Source: Takakia lepidozioides
Taxonomy: Eukaryota > Plantae > Bryophyta
NCBI GenBank assembly: GCA_030704615.1
Contig: CM060733.1
Location: forward strand, 67,084,001 to 67,148,000
Length of the DNA: 64,000 nt
Direction of reading: 5' to 3'
Made by a program: the position numbers and the translations under genes. The first letter of the stretch is position 1. Each line of letters begins with the position of its first letter. Of the stretch, positions 37,640 through 49,220 are shown in pieces. The notes beneath the pieces are model-generated. The model ran no database searches. It worked only from the letters and a program-made list of their open reading frames with translations, and had not been told where the DNA came from.

Positions 37640-39080
37640 TGTTGTCCACCAAGCCCGTTTACATACAAACTATGTCTCTGCATCATCCAAGATGGGAGCA
37701 CGCTTCCACGCAAGACACATGGAACGGTGCTCCTCTCTGAATTCTGGCGCCACGAGCCTGGTTGTGTACTGCGACAAGCTCTACAGAAAATGGACCCCAC
37801 AAGATCTCTCCTTGCCTTCCATTGGAACATTGGGGTCTTCCCCGTACACCCTTCGAATGGCAGCCCAATTTGCTTGTGCGTTGTCCGCCATGAAATAACG
37901 GAAATTGGGCGGGGGCAATCCCGCCCTACCCATCTGTTCGTTTATTCCCTGCCAAAGAAGCATCTCCGATTGTGTGTCATCCCCTTTCATCTCACAAATA
38001 GCAATTGTCATTAGCATTCTGCAGTAGGTGTCGTAGACATGTGCACCCATTGTCACCCACTAGTGACTTGTAATTCGCTTGATATGGTCGAGCATGACCC
38101 AACTGTTTGACAAGTCCCCACTCGTCATTTAGTGGACCAGTTCCACGCCTCTACCAGGCCCACACGTTGACATTTTGAATACGAAACAACGATCTGCCTC
38201 AGTCCCTTGTCCTGGAAACCTACTTCCATGAATGTAGTCATATCCATATCGTCGCTTCACCTCCAGAATGGAGTGCCTATCCGAGCCTCGCCCAATTCTC
38301 TGTTTGCAGGAGACAATGTGGTTTCGGACATTTGGTGAACAAACGTGGGACACTGGTCACCTCCAGCAATGCCTCCATTTCCTTCTCATCGAGAGGAACT
38401 CTGTCGGAGCCATCTTCCGACATAATTCTGGCCAATGCCATCTTATGGGCGGCCTGCAACTGTATCTGTTTGGGTTTGGCACCAGGTCTCAACTTAACCT
38501 CCTCCTGAATGAGCTGCTCTGCCTCGTGGGCAGCCTCCCACGAGTTCCCCCTCGCCAATTTGTGACAATGGGAACCAACGTGTATGCAAGCTCCTGTGAG
38601 GTTTGGGAAACGGTGCAACACATAGAACTGCTTGGCATTACAAACAGACATGCAATGTGGTGGTTCTTTGCAATGCGCACACTTAAATGTGGAGTTTGGA
38701 ACCTTTTCATGAGCTCGAAATGGTTGCTGAGCTGTGCATGTCCAATCCGTCTCGTTCCTGTGACCTCTGGATTTAAAATGGAAGCAAGTTGGGGACCGCA
38801 GTGCACCTGCACACACAATGTAGCGCACCTGCACACCATCGAGCATCTTCATGCTGGTGGTTTTGGTGACGTACCAAGGATGACCGTCATGTTTCCTATC
38901 CATATCTGTCAACGGACGCCCTCGAATAGTCCGTTCGAGGAGGGAACTCGAAGAAGATATTGTCGTAGACGTCTGCGGGAAGGCATGTCACGGATTCAAT
39001 TGCGAACTTGCTGTAGTCCGGCCCAGCCAGCTCCGAGCGGTGTCCCTCCATGTGAAGCCCTCGCAGAATATTAAAATGGA
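37640..39080 (-). pseudogene. Second MULE transposase relic (N-terminal WRKY/GCM-like Zn domain + start of DDE)
   Basis: DRKHDGHPW..RYIVCAG..KCAHC..CNAKQF..CIHVGSHCH; WVMLDHIKR; FMADNAQANW..SCGVHF; paralogous to the 33.6-kb copy. Confidence 0.85.
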
Positions 39081-39732
39081 TCGAGTTGCTGAGCTCGTGC
39101 TGGGAATATGTTCATTGATATTAATTGAACCAACATGACGGACCAAAAGCTTCATTTTTGGGATGTTGGACGGTTACTGGAGGCAAGAGAAAAAGACCTC
39201 ACTTTCTTGAAGGGGATTTCAGGAGAGTTTTTCGGCTTGTTTGAGATTGGCAGCTCAAGTAGTTACCTCCAACTCCAACATCCACAAACCGATGTTCTAG
39301 TGTGAGGGAGTCAAGCCGCATCAATCATTAACAACATACCCAAAATTAACTCTTGATTTCCATCCACTGTCACCAGAATCAGTCAAAAATCACCCCTTTA
39401 GTCAAGTGCAATTATGGGCCGACTTCCCACCTATGCCGGGTAGACCTCATCATCATTTCTTGTGGATATGCCACAGGAAATGCACTCAACAGTACATGAT
39501 GGTCAATACTCTCAGGAAATGGTGGATGGTCTGAGTAGCTACACAGGTCAATGAATGAAGCAAGACACTCCAAGAAAACATCCTTTCACCAGTAATCACC
39601 ACAAGAACAAATCCCATCTTCAAAGTGGTGAAAGTGGTTAGCGTCCCGTACAACAATTGTTCGGCCAACTATCTTTGAGATGAATTTGGTGGAGGTGTAG
39701 CAGTCACCACACACTCAAAGATTCTTGATGAG

Positions 39733-40872
39733 AAACAGTGTGCGGCACCGCACACTGTTTATGCCCCTCTTCTTTGCCAATTTTTTATGTCAAAATGTAC
39801 CACACCAGGAGTGTCTGTCATGTATCAAACACACCTAAATGGAAGCACGAAACAGTGTGCGGCACCGCACACTGTTTGTGCCCCTCTTTTTTTATTGTTT
39901 TTGATGTCAAAATGTACCACACCAGGACTGTCTGTCAGGTATCAAACAAACTTAAATGGAAGCACAAAACAGTGTGCGGCACCGCACACTGTTTGTGCCC
40001 CTCTTCTTCGCTTGTTTTTTATGTGAAAATGCTCCACTCTAGGAGTGTCTTGCAGGTATCAAACACACCTAATTTGAAGCACCAAACAGTGTGCGGCACC
40101 GCACACTGTTTGTGACCCTCTCCTTTGTTTTTTTTTTATGTCAAAATGTACCACACCAGCAGTGTCTGCCAGGTATCAAACACACCTAATTCGAAGCACC
40201 AAACAGTGTGCGGCACCGCACATTGTTTGTGCCCCTCTTTTTTGCCAATTTTTGATGTCCAAATGTACCACACCAGGAGTGTCTGTCAGGTATCAAACAC
40301 ACCTAAATGGAAGCACGAAACAGTGTGTGGCACCGCACACTGTTTGTGCCCCTCTTCTTTGCCAAATTTTTATGTCAAAATGTACCACACCAGAGTGTCT
40401 GTCATGTATCAAACACACCTAAATGGAAGCACGAAACAGTGTGCGGCACCGTACACTGTTTGTGGACCTCTTTTTTGCCAATTTGTGAAGTCCAAATGTA
40501 CCACACCAGGAGTGTCTGTCAGGTATCAAACACACCTAAATGGAAGCACGAAACAGTGTGCGGCACCGCACACTGTTTGTGCCCCTCTTCTTTGCCAATT
40601 TTTGATGTCAAAATGTACCACACCAGGACTGTCTGTCATGTATCAAACACACCTAAATGGAAGCACGAAACAGTGTGCGGCACCGCACACTGTTTGTGCC
40701 CCTCTTTTTTGCTTGTTTTTTATGTCAAAATGTACCACACCAAAACTGTCTGTCAGGTATCAAACACACTTAAATGGAAGCACGAAACAATGTGCGACAC
40801 GGCACACTGTTTGTGCCCCTCTTCTTTTCTTGTTTTTGATGTGAAAATGCTCCACTTCAGGAGTCTCTTGCT
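39733..40872. repeat. 117-bp tandem satellite, about 10 units, each with a 28-bp palindrome
   Basis: AAACAGTGTGCGG-CA-CCGCACACTGTTT recurs every 117 bp (one 116-bp unit). Confidence 0.95.
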
Positions 40873-40942
40873 ATAGGACGTAGTCAAGTCTCTGGGACCG
40901 GGATTATATTAATGCGAGTCTGATGCAGACTGCATCGCCTGA

Positions 40943-41400
40943 TTGTTCGGAGAAAACCAAGGTAGGGAAGTGATAATACACTCGGTATCAACCGAGGCAC
41001 TTCCAGAGTTCGAGTTGTTGACCGAACTTTTTCCCATATCCGCCGAACGGGTTGGTCTGCAGGAACAGGAGATTCCTCAGGAGGAAAACAATGAGATTCT
41101 AGATATGAGAATCATAGAGGAGGCCGACCTAGAAAGGGATGTCATGAAACATATATTGCCCCCTACATTCCTTATTTGCAGCAATGAGCAAACGGATCTC
41201 GGTTTGAACCAAGATCGTCTTTCACGTCGGAACCAACAACGCAGTTGGTCAACATGGCAGTTGGAGAAGAGTCACCGAAGATGGTGAAGGTGGGATCCCA
41301 CTTGACATTAGAGCAGGCTTTGGAGTATCAGGCACTGTTCAAGGAATTTCAGGACATCTTTGCATGGTCCTACACTGAATTGAAGGGACTGCCTTCTTAC
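40943..41400 (+). mobile_element. Ty3/Gypsy pol fragment (segment just before RT)
   Basis: VNMAVGEESPKMVKVGSHLT..LFKEFQDIFAWSYTELKGLP. Confidence 0.75.
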
Positions 41401-43560
41401 GGGGTCGTGCTGATCAGCCCAAAACCAATGGCCAGCTTCTCACTGTGGTGGCAAAGAGAAAATTCCTTTTCCTCCTCCCCCACATCACGCAATATAAAAC
41501 GCGTGTCAGGCACATACCCCCCCTCCTTCATCTACCCAGACAATCTTCTCAGCTCAGCACGGATTTCCTTAATTCTGGGATGCAACTTGTCATCTACAAC
41601 GAAGGTGTGCACCCTGTTGCCAACCTCAATATTGCAGCAACGACCTGGCTCCTGGCTCCTTTCTAACCCCTCTAACCTTGATCATTCTTCTCACCTTTGC
41701 AGTATCATCCCACCTGCCAGCTGCGACATAGATGCTTGATAGCAACACATAAGTCACGACATCCTGTTCATCCCACTTGAGGATAGATGTTGCCGCACGT
41801 TTAGCCATCTCCACATTCCATGGATTCTGCAGGTACCAAGCAAGGCCTTCCACACCACAACATCTGGATTGATTGACATTTTATAAATCAGGTCCACTGC
41901 CTCATCCAGTTGTCCCGCACGTCCAAGAAGGTCCACCATGCAGCCAAAGTGCTTTACTGTCGGAGTGACACCATGATCTTGACTCAGGGAATCAAAGTAG
42001 CGTCTTCCTTCATTCAGTAGGCCAATGTGGCTGTGGCTGCATGCAGAGAGAACACATATAAATGTGATATTGTCCGGCTTCAAGCCTTTCTTTTGTATTC
42101 CTTCAAATAGTTGCCGGACCTCCCTATGACAACCATGCTGGGCATATCCTGCGATCATCGCATTCCACGACACCACAATTCATTCAGCCATATTGTCAAT
42201 ACTCCCTTTGCATCCTCCATGCACCCACATTTCGCATACATGTCCACCAGGGCAGCGTCCAGAATGACATTTGGTACAATTCCAGCTTTGATGATGTCAC
42301 CATGCACCTCTTTGCCCTTTTCCAAGGCTGCAAGGCTTGCACACGCATTGCAAACGCACACAAACTTGGTGTGGTTGGGCTTCACCCCTTCCCCCAGGCC
42401 TCCATCCCGCGCCCCTGCTGTGCATATCCTGCAAGCATGGCGTTCCATGACACCAAATCTCGTTCAGCCATAAACACTCCCTCCACATCCTCAATGCTCC
42501 CACATTTGGCATACATGTCTACGAGGGTATTGTTCAGAATCATATCTGGTACAATTCCAGCTTTGGCGATGCAACCATGCACCTCTTTGCCCTTTTCCAG
42601 GGCTGCCAGGCTTGCACACGCATCGCAAACGCACACAAACGTGATGTGGTCGGGCTTCACCCCTTCGCACATCATTTGCTCATAGGTCTCCAAGGCCTCC
42701 ATCCCGCGCCCCTGCTGTGCATACCCTCCAAGCATGGCGTTCCACGACACCAAATCTCGTTCAGCCATAGTGTGGAAAACTCCCTCCACATCCTCAATGC
42801 TCCCACATTTGGCATACATGTCCATCAGGGTAGTGCTCAGGATGACATCTGGTACAATTCCAGCTTTGACAATGCAACCATGGACCTCTTTGTCCTTTTC
42901 CAGAGCTGCTAGGCTTGCACACGCACTGCAAGCACACACAAACGTGATGTGGTCGGGCTTCACCCTTTCGCACATCATTTGCTCATAGGTCTCCAAGGCC
43001 TCCATCCCGCGCCCCTGCAAGCATACCCTGCAAGCATCGCGTTGGGCAGTGTTCAGAATGAGATCTGGTACAATTCCGGATTTGACGATGTCACCATGGG
43101 CCTCTTTCCACTTTTCCAGGGCTGCCAGGCTTGCACATGCACTGCAAATGCAAACAAACGTGCATTTAGTTGACCATCTACCCATGCAGATCTGCACAAA
43201 ATCACGCATACATCCTTGCTTTGCTGCTAGTAGCTGACAATGACAGCTTGTGACACACTCAACAAACTTTGGAATAGAGATATGCCCTTCGTAACTAGGT
43301 TAAACTTATTAGCTTACCAGGAGAGCTACATGGGCATAGGACTATAATATAAAACCTTGACAATTCAATATGCATCTCAGGACCGAGTCTGATGAGAGGA
43401 AAATAGACTGAAATAGGTCGAAGAAGAAGGTGCCCTCACCACATTGTCCTTGACATTGTGTCATGACCCATGGAGGATTTGACCGACCATCAACCCGAAA
43501 TGACCTCTTGTGTGTGCTGCTTGTGTCTGTAGTCAGGTAATGTCGGACTGGTCTGTGACG
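41400..43560 (-). pseudogene. PDF-motif (copy D) + PLS-PPR-E-DYW RNA-editing factor pseudogene
   Basis: TSPTLPDYRHKQHTQEV at about 43550; PLS repeats; HFGCMVDLLGRAG; E domain YVLLSSIY; PG box KEPG..IEVGNRVHTF; [25 protein letters not shown]; truncated by the Gypsy fragment; frameshifts. Confidence 0.9.
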
Positions 43561-43685
43561 ACGAGAGGGACCTTTCTGACCAGGATGACATCCCCCCGGA
43601 GATCCCCAGGCCCCAAACCCGGAGCATACAGGCTAGATTTGGTGGTCCTAGTGGGCTGCCGGAGAACCCCCCTACAGCAGACGTC

Positions 43686-44620
43686 ATGTCGGAGGCGGAT
43701 ATGAAGTTGGCCGCTGCCAAGATGTTGGAGGCAACCCACAACAACATTGGCAGGGTCCTGGGGGGCATGGTCTACCCGACAAAGTTTCGGATTCCTCTCT
43801 GCTGCTTGGTATCACTGCAGGTGGCCAGACCTGCCCTCCCAGGCGATATCGACAAGCTCAAATTCTCTTTCCGGGAGGGATATCGAATGGGGTCTACCGC
43901 GTTTTATGTCTCCATTGAGAATGACCACGGAGTTTCTCGTGCGAAGACGAGATGGACACGGTGGTGGTATCGTCGGCAGCTCCAACTCCTCAAGCACTCA
44001 CTCCAAAAGTGGCTACTCATCGACCGCAGTTCGACAGTCATCGGCAACAGTCTGCGGACCACGTGCTTCGCATATTCGGGGAGCCAAAGCGGGGGCGGGA
44101 GGGCTCACAGGAAGTAGCTCCTTTTGTTGGTGGACGGGAGGCCCTGGAACGGGAGTATGCCCGAATAGGCATTCGGGAGGTTGGTGCAGCCGGCATGGCA
44201 GGTGCAGGGCATTGCATGAGGAAGCTGATGCACATGTAGGAGGGCCCGCCCACGCAAAGAGGAAGAAGAAAGCCAAGCACATGCAATCCCCGGCGAGAGA
44301 GCCATCATAGGCTGCGGAGGGGGGTCTGAACAGAACACCCACCAAGGCGCGTGAGAGTGTCAGTTCCCCGCAATCAAAGGTGGTCATCCTGGAGGCCTCC
44401 CCTGCTGCTACGCCTAGTAAGAAACAGAAGGCCCGTGAGAGGGCAAAAGAACAGGCGAGAGAGAAGGCCACTAAAGAGGCCAGGGATGTGGAAATGACAG
44501 ATGCCCATGTAAGCGAGGGACGCACTGAAACGGTGGATCCCTCTAAGACAGCAGAAACAGGCAGTAAGACACCGGTTGCATCCTTGCCGGTTACACCATC
44601 GCGGGTGGAAGCAGCTTCTG
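43686..44620 (+). pseudogene. Transposon-associated gene relic with probable ParB/Srx-like N-terminal segment
   Basis: FRIPLCCLVSLQVARPALPGDIDKLKFSFREGYRMGSTAFYVS resembles the start of ParB-like folds (IPl..l....vRp......L...f..GY); followed by an internal deletion and a low-complexity charged tail. Confidence 0.4.
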
Positions 44621-46050
44621 ATCCCTCTACTCTACCTCAATGGATTGCCGCCCTAGCCAAAAGAGGCAGAGACGCCAAAAAGGCTTCATATAATATTACT
44701 AAACAAAAAGCCACTGCCAATCATAAGAAATTTATCTCTTCCTTTGGGCAACTCTTACACGACCATCCCAAACACGCCCACAAAGCTATCTTCAACCCTG
44801 CTCTCAACCCCACCATTGATTGCCTCCAACACCGGCTTGGCCACCTGTTAATTAAACCCGACAATATAAAAAATGAAATCTGGGCTCAAGCCTCGGCATC
44901 TTACACACCTACGGTCATTAATTGCCTACACCCCAGTAAGCATGCCCCTGGCTGCCTATGTCAAGTCAAACATTATCCATGGCACAACCTTGACGGATTC
45001 TCCCTCAATCAAAGTGGCTCCCCTGATGATAGTATCCTAAGCTCCTTCACCAAGGCTCCCATTTAAGGCGACACCTTAAGCCCCTATCTCTTTATCATCT
45101 TTTCAGAACCACTTCTAGATGGATTGATTGTGGCAAACTAGGCTACCACTACAAAATCTCTGCTAATGAAATCTCTGCTGCAGCATATGCTGACGATCTT
45201 GCCATCCTAGCCCGCAAACCTCAGCATCTTAATCGACACGTGGACAAATTACTTCGATTCAACCAATGGTCTGGCATGGAGCTATGTTTGCACAAATGCG
45301 CTGTCACCGCAGCCACCCACCACATCAAGTTCACTAAAGCCACTATTGCCTCACACTGTAATCTCCACATTCACTATCAGAGCAGAAACTTCCCCTTCCT
45401 AGGCCCAGACAAACCCTACACCTACCTAGGTATACAACTTGTTCCCTCACTTACATGGGAATTACAAAAAACACTACGATCTCTAAACTGACAGACAGGA
45501 GCCTCGCCCTCCTCAAATCCCCAGTTTCCATCCGCCCCAAACTCTCTCTCATTCAATCCGTACTCAAGCCACAAGTCCAATACTCCTTCCATGCAGCACC
45601 CTTCTTCCTCCCAGATATCAAATCAATTGACAAACACTTCACTCAACTCACCAAACGTATATGTGGCCTTCCCACTAGCACCCCCAACGCCTTTAGCCAA
45701 CTCCCAACTGATAGCTATCGCATAGGTACCAGCCTACTAATTACCTCCTACGTCCGCACCCTCGGCACATAGCTACAAGAAGCTCTCAATGATCCCGGAC
45801 GACTAGGCCTTATCTACAGAGGTCTCCTCAAATTCCTAGCTACCAAATACAATGGCCTCTACTCTCTCCCAACCCTTTACTACCAATCTTGCCGCCACTC
45901 TCCCACTACTCGAACTTTGTACATCCTACGCCAAATGAACATTAGCATACAAACCGATCTTCCTGGCTATCCTAACACCACCTCACCCCTTGAACAAGCA
46001 TGGCTCAATAGTCCATTTCTTCCTGAATTCAAAGAACTGCACCCCTGCCA
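44620..46050 (+). mobile_element. Non-LTR retrotransposon RT relic (possibly RandI/Dualen-like)
   Basis: (Q)GDTLSPYLFIIFSEPLL/RW..GY, AAAYADDL, YTYLGIQL; C-rich strand; frameshifts and an internal deletion. Confidence 0.75.
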
Positions 46051-47719
46051 AAAAACGCATTGGCAAGGAAGTGGAACGGCTCTCTAGACAAGCCTCCAAG
46101 CTGCTATCTGATTACAATTCTAGTATTAAGCACCTATCTTCATCCAAGGTAGAGTACTCAATGTTAACTCAAGCCCTGGACATTGCCTTGCTAGCTTTGC
46201 AGCATGGAGGGCCTAGGAGGGCAGACCTTAGTTTCTCTCTGGCTTTAAGTCATTTTAAACAGAGTCTAGTTGTTCATATGAAAGGGAAAGAAAGCATTAG
46301 TGGGTTTGCATGATTATTCATATATTTGTGACAGGCAACAAACTTTTGTTAGTACAGAACAACGGTCTGACCATCAGACCATACACTACCATCAGCTGCC
46401 AGGTGATGTCACATTTGTAGGGTATCTTGCTAGCTCTGATAGAGCTATGTTAACTTTTCCATTTGAAACAGGGTTACATACTCTAGGCAATTTGTGATGG
46501 CAAAGTATCACTGAGTGAATCTTCTTGTCTCTCCCTATTATGATATTAGAGAATTTGGTTGTTCCCAGTTTGTGGAGAAAGCACTAGCAACAGTGGTGCA
46601 AGGGGTGAGAAGACAAGCTACACATTGTCAGGACACGACTTGCAGGACACGGTAGGCATTGACAGGACTGAAGTTACTGCTGGCGAAGGCTCAACTTTGG
46701 GGGTTAGCCTGCATAGAGTTGACTTGCACGTCTGGAGAGTACTCACCAGTATGGTTTCAAAACAGAAGAGGTCTGTTCTGGTCCCTCTTTGTTCCTATCA
46801 GGAGTATTCAGCAACGTTTTTGGTTTATTTATTTGGAGTTGAAACAATTTGCTTATTTTCTCACAGATGTGGTTCTCCCTTTGTGGACTCCTACACCAAC
46901 AACATGGGGATAGTTTGGACAGTGACATTCAAGAGACCACTGACAGGTCTACTCCTGTAGCCTTGTGGCCATAAACCCCATACCCAGTTTGGGCAGAAAA
47001 GAAGGGAACAGTTACTACCTTTGTGAGGTGCTCACTCCAGTAGTGGAACTTAACTTTTAGTCTGGGATCATAATCATCTCTTTCTTAAGGGACAGATGGC
47101 CAGGCAATGGCTCGAGACCTCCAAGCATCTCCACTTTAGTGAACCTCAGCTCAGTAGGAACTTCGTCTAGAACAATTTCAATTGTATAGCTACCATATGT
47201 AGATGTCCACATTGAATGAAAGTGTAGTGTATTTTGATGTACTTTTTGGATTTACTAGGAGTGGAACATCCTTTGACATTGTTAGCTGTCTGGTCAATGC
47301 GAAAAGCCGAGGAATATTATCTTCTGTTCTCTGGCCATGGTCAAATGGTCATTTTTTGGTAAATCATCCAGTCTAGGAATTGTTGTAAAGTCTTGCAGTT
47401 CTTTATAACCCTTTAACATTTTTTGCAGCATCGACCAATTCCTGCTAGCATCAACTCAAACATCTGGACATGGTTATTGCGTTTTATGGCCAGTTCTCCC
47501 TTCAGGATCGTTGCAATGTCCCCTTAGCTGGTGTCCCAAGGTACTGCTTGAGAAACCAGTGTTTCCATTCCATAAAGTTTGCCTGAAGACAAATTGTTTT
47601 TTGTTAAGAAAACAGCTTGGTTGCTTGGCAGAAGATCTGCTTGGACAGAGGACACATCCAGTAGCTCTCAGTGAACTGTTTTATAGATACTGTTGTTTTT
47701 TGTTCATTTAATTGATAGC

Positions 47720-47880
47720 CTTGTCTTCTTTCCAGAGCCTCCATCTCGCGCCGTTGCTGTGCATATCCTGCATTCATCGCACTCCACGACACCACATCTT
47801 GTTCAGCCATACTGTCGAACACTCCCTTCATACATGTCCACAAGGGTATTGTTCATAATGACATTTGGTACAATTGCTCT
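47720..47880 (-). pseudogene. Small PLS-PPR fragment
   Basis: VFDSMAEQDVVSWSAMNAGYAQQRREMEALE; same family as the 31.7-kb and 42-kb copies. Confidence 0.8.
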
Positions 47881-48208
47881 ACTGAGGACAAAAAGAGATC
47901 GTGATAGAATTCCTGCTATTGGCATTGCAGAGATGCGATGATTCAAAAGGCTAACATCCTTTACAACTTATTCAAATACTACTCTCAGTTTCAACTGCCA
48001 GCTGTTGTAACATGGGCGGAAGCATTGTTTGCACGGATAGATTCAGACATAGAAGTTGACATTGGATACAACCCGTTAAGGGAGGGCCAGGGGACCAAAG
48101 CATCATGTTTCTCTCAAGCCATGTCCACAAGAGATGAACAGGAGATGAAGTTGCACAAACGACGACAGACACAAAGACAAGGCTACACAGGAGATGAATT
48201 TTTCTTTT

Positions 48209-48331
48209 AGGAGTCTTTTGTTGCTAAGTCTATTTCTTGCTAGTCTTTTCCTTTACATGGCAGGCTTTCTTTCAGGAGTCTTTTGTTGCTAAGTCTATTT
48301 CTTGCTAGTCTTTTCCTTTACATGGCAGGCT
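48209..48331. repeat. Tandem duplication of about 64 bp
   Basis: AGGAGTCTTTTGTTGCTAAGTCTATTTCTTGCTAGTCTTTTCCTTTACATGGCAGGCT x2. Confidence 0.85.
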
Positions 48332-49220
48332 CCCCATCGGATCACCGGCCACGTTCAAGCTGCTCCCCTCAAATTTCCTTACAGAAAATGAGATGGTTTT
48401 GTTGTTCTCAGGGTCCGGAGCACTCTTGACGCAGATCTGGGAAGCAAGGAAATTGTAACCAAGTAAGGTCTCAAGTGGAACGTGGCAAAGCAACGAGACA
48501 ATCGATAGTCAACACCTGTGTTGTTGACACAGTTAAATTGAGTGATATTGGGAGGCTTCTCAACGATTGCGTTTCCCTCTAAACTGGAGCTTGAGTGTAC
48601 ACACGTTTGAGGGCATCTATTGTCATCTGCAAGAAAAATGTGTTTGACTTACCTGTCGGTGAAGTCCACGTCCACGACGACGCAGACGAGCGTCTTGGCC
48701 AAAAAATTGGTTTGCAACTTGTCAGCCTTGATGTTGACAAGAGTAAGTTCAACATCACCGTAGGAATTTCATGTTGGAGTTCACTCGGAGGCCCTTTATA
48801 TCAACTTCCTTGATGGGCTATTTCTTTCCAAGTTTGTCCTTCCACTAGGGGAGTTATTGCATATGGCTTGATGGGTTGTTTCTTTCCAAGCTTGTCCTTC
48901 CACTAGGGGAGTTATTGCATACGCCGTTCGAGTGGTGCTTCGAGGGAAGGGCAGGCACACCTCATACCAGGCTCATCAACAGCAAAACACCACTTTATTT
49001 ACTAGGAAAGGAAAGTAAGTTAGAAGCATGTCTCTCTGGAATCACAGGAGAAACGAACAGGAACGCTAAGGGAGCAGTTAGCTTCCATTGGGCCCGAGTT
49101 AGAAGCTTCTGCTTCCAAGACTTATATTATAGAGAACATGATACAGAACATAGCAATGGTTTAGTATCTCCTAAAGTTTTTAAGATCTAAACCTAGTGGG
49201 GCACACTGCCTGTGCCCCAC

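Noticed and set aside
39733-40872. CRISPR array or Cys/His-rich repeat protein ORFs
   Set aside because: The spacers are near-identical repeats and there are no cas genes. The ORFs arise because the unit is 117 bp (39 codons), they are open in two frames and a 1-bp deletion breaks them.
46050-47200. Exon-like host gene fragments
   Set aside because: Splice-like signals are present, but I could not assign a family and the frames contain stops.
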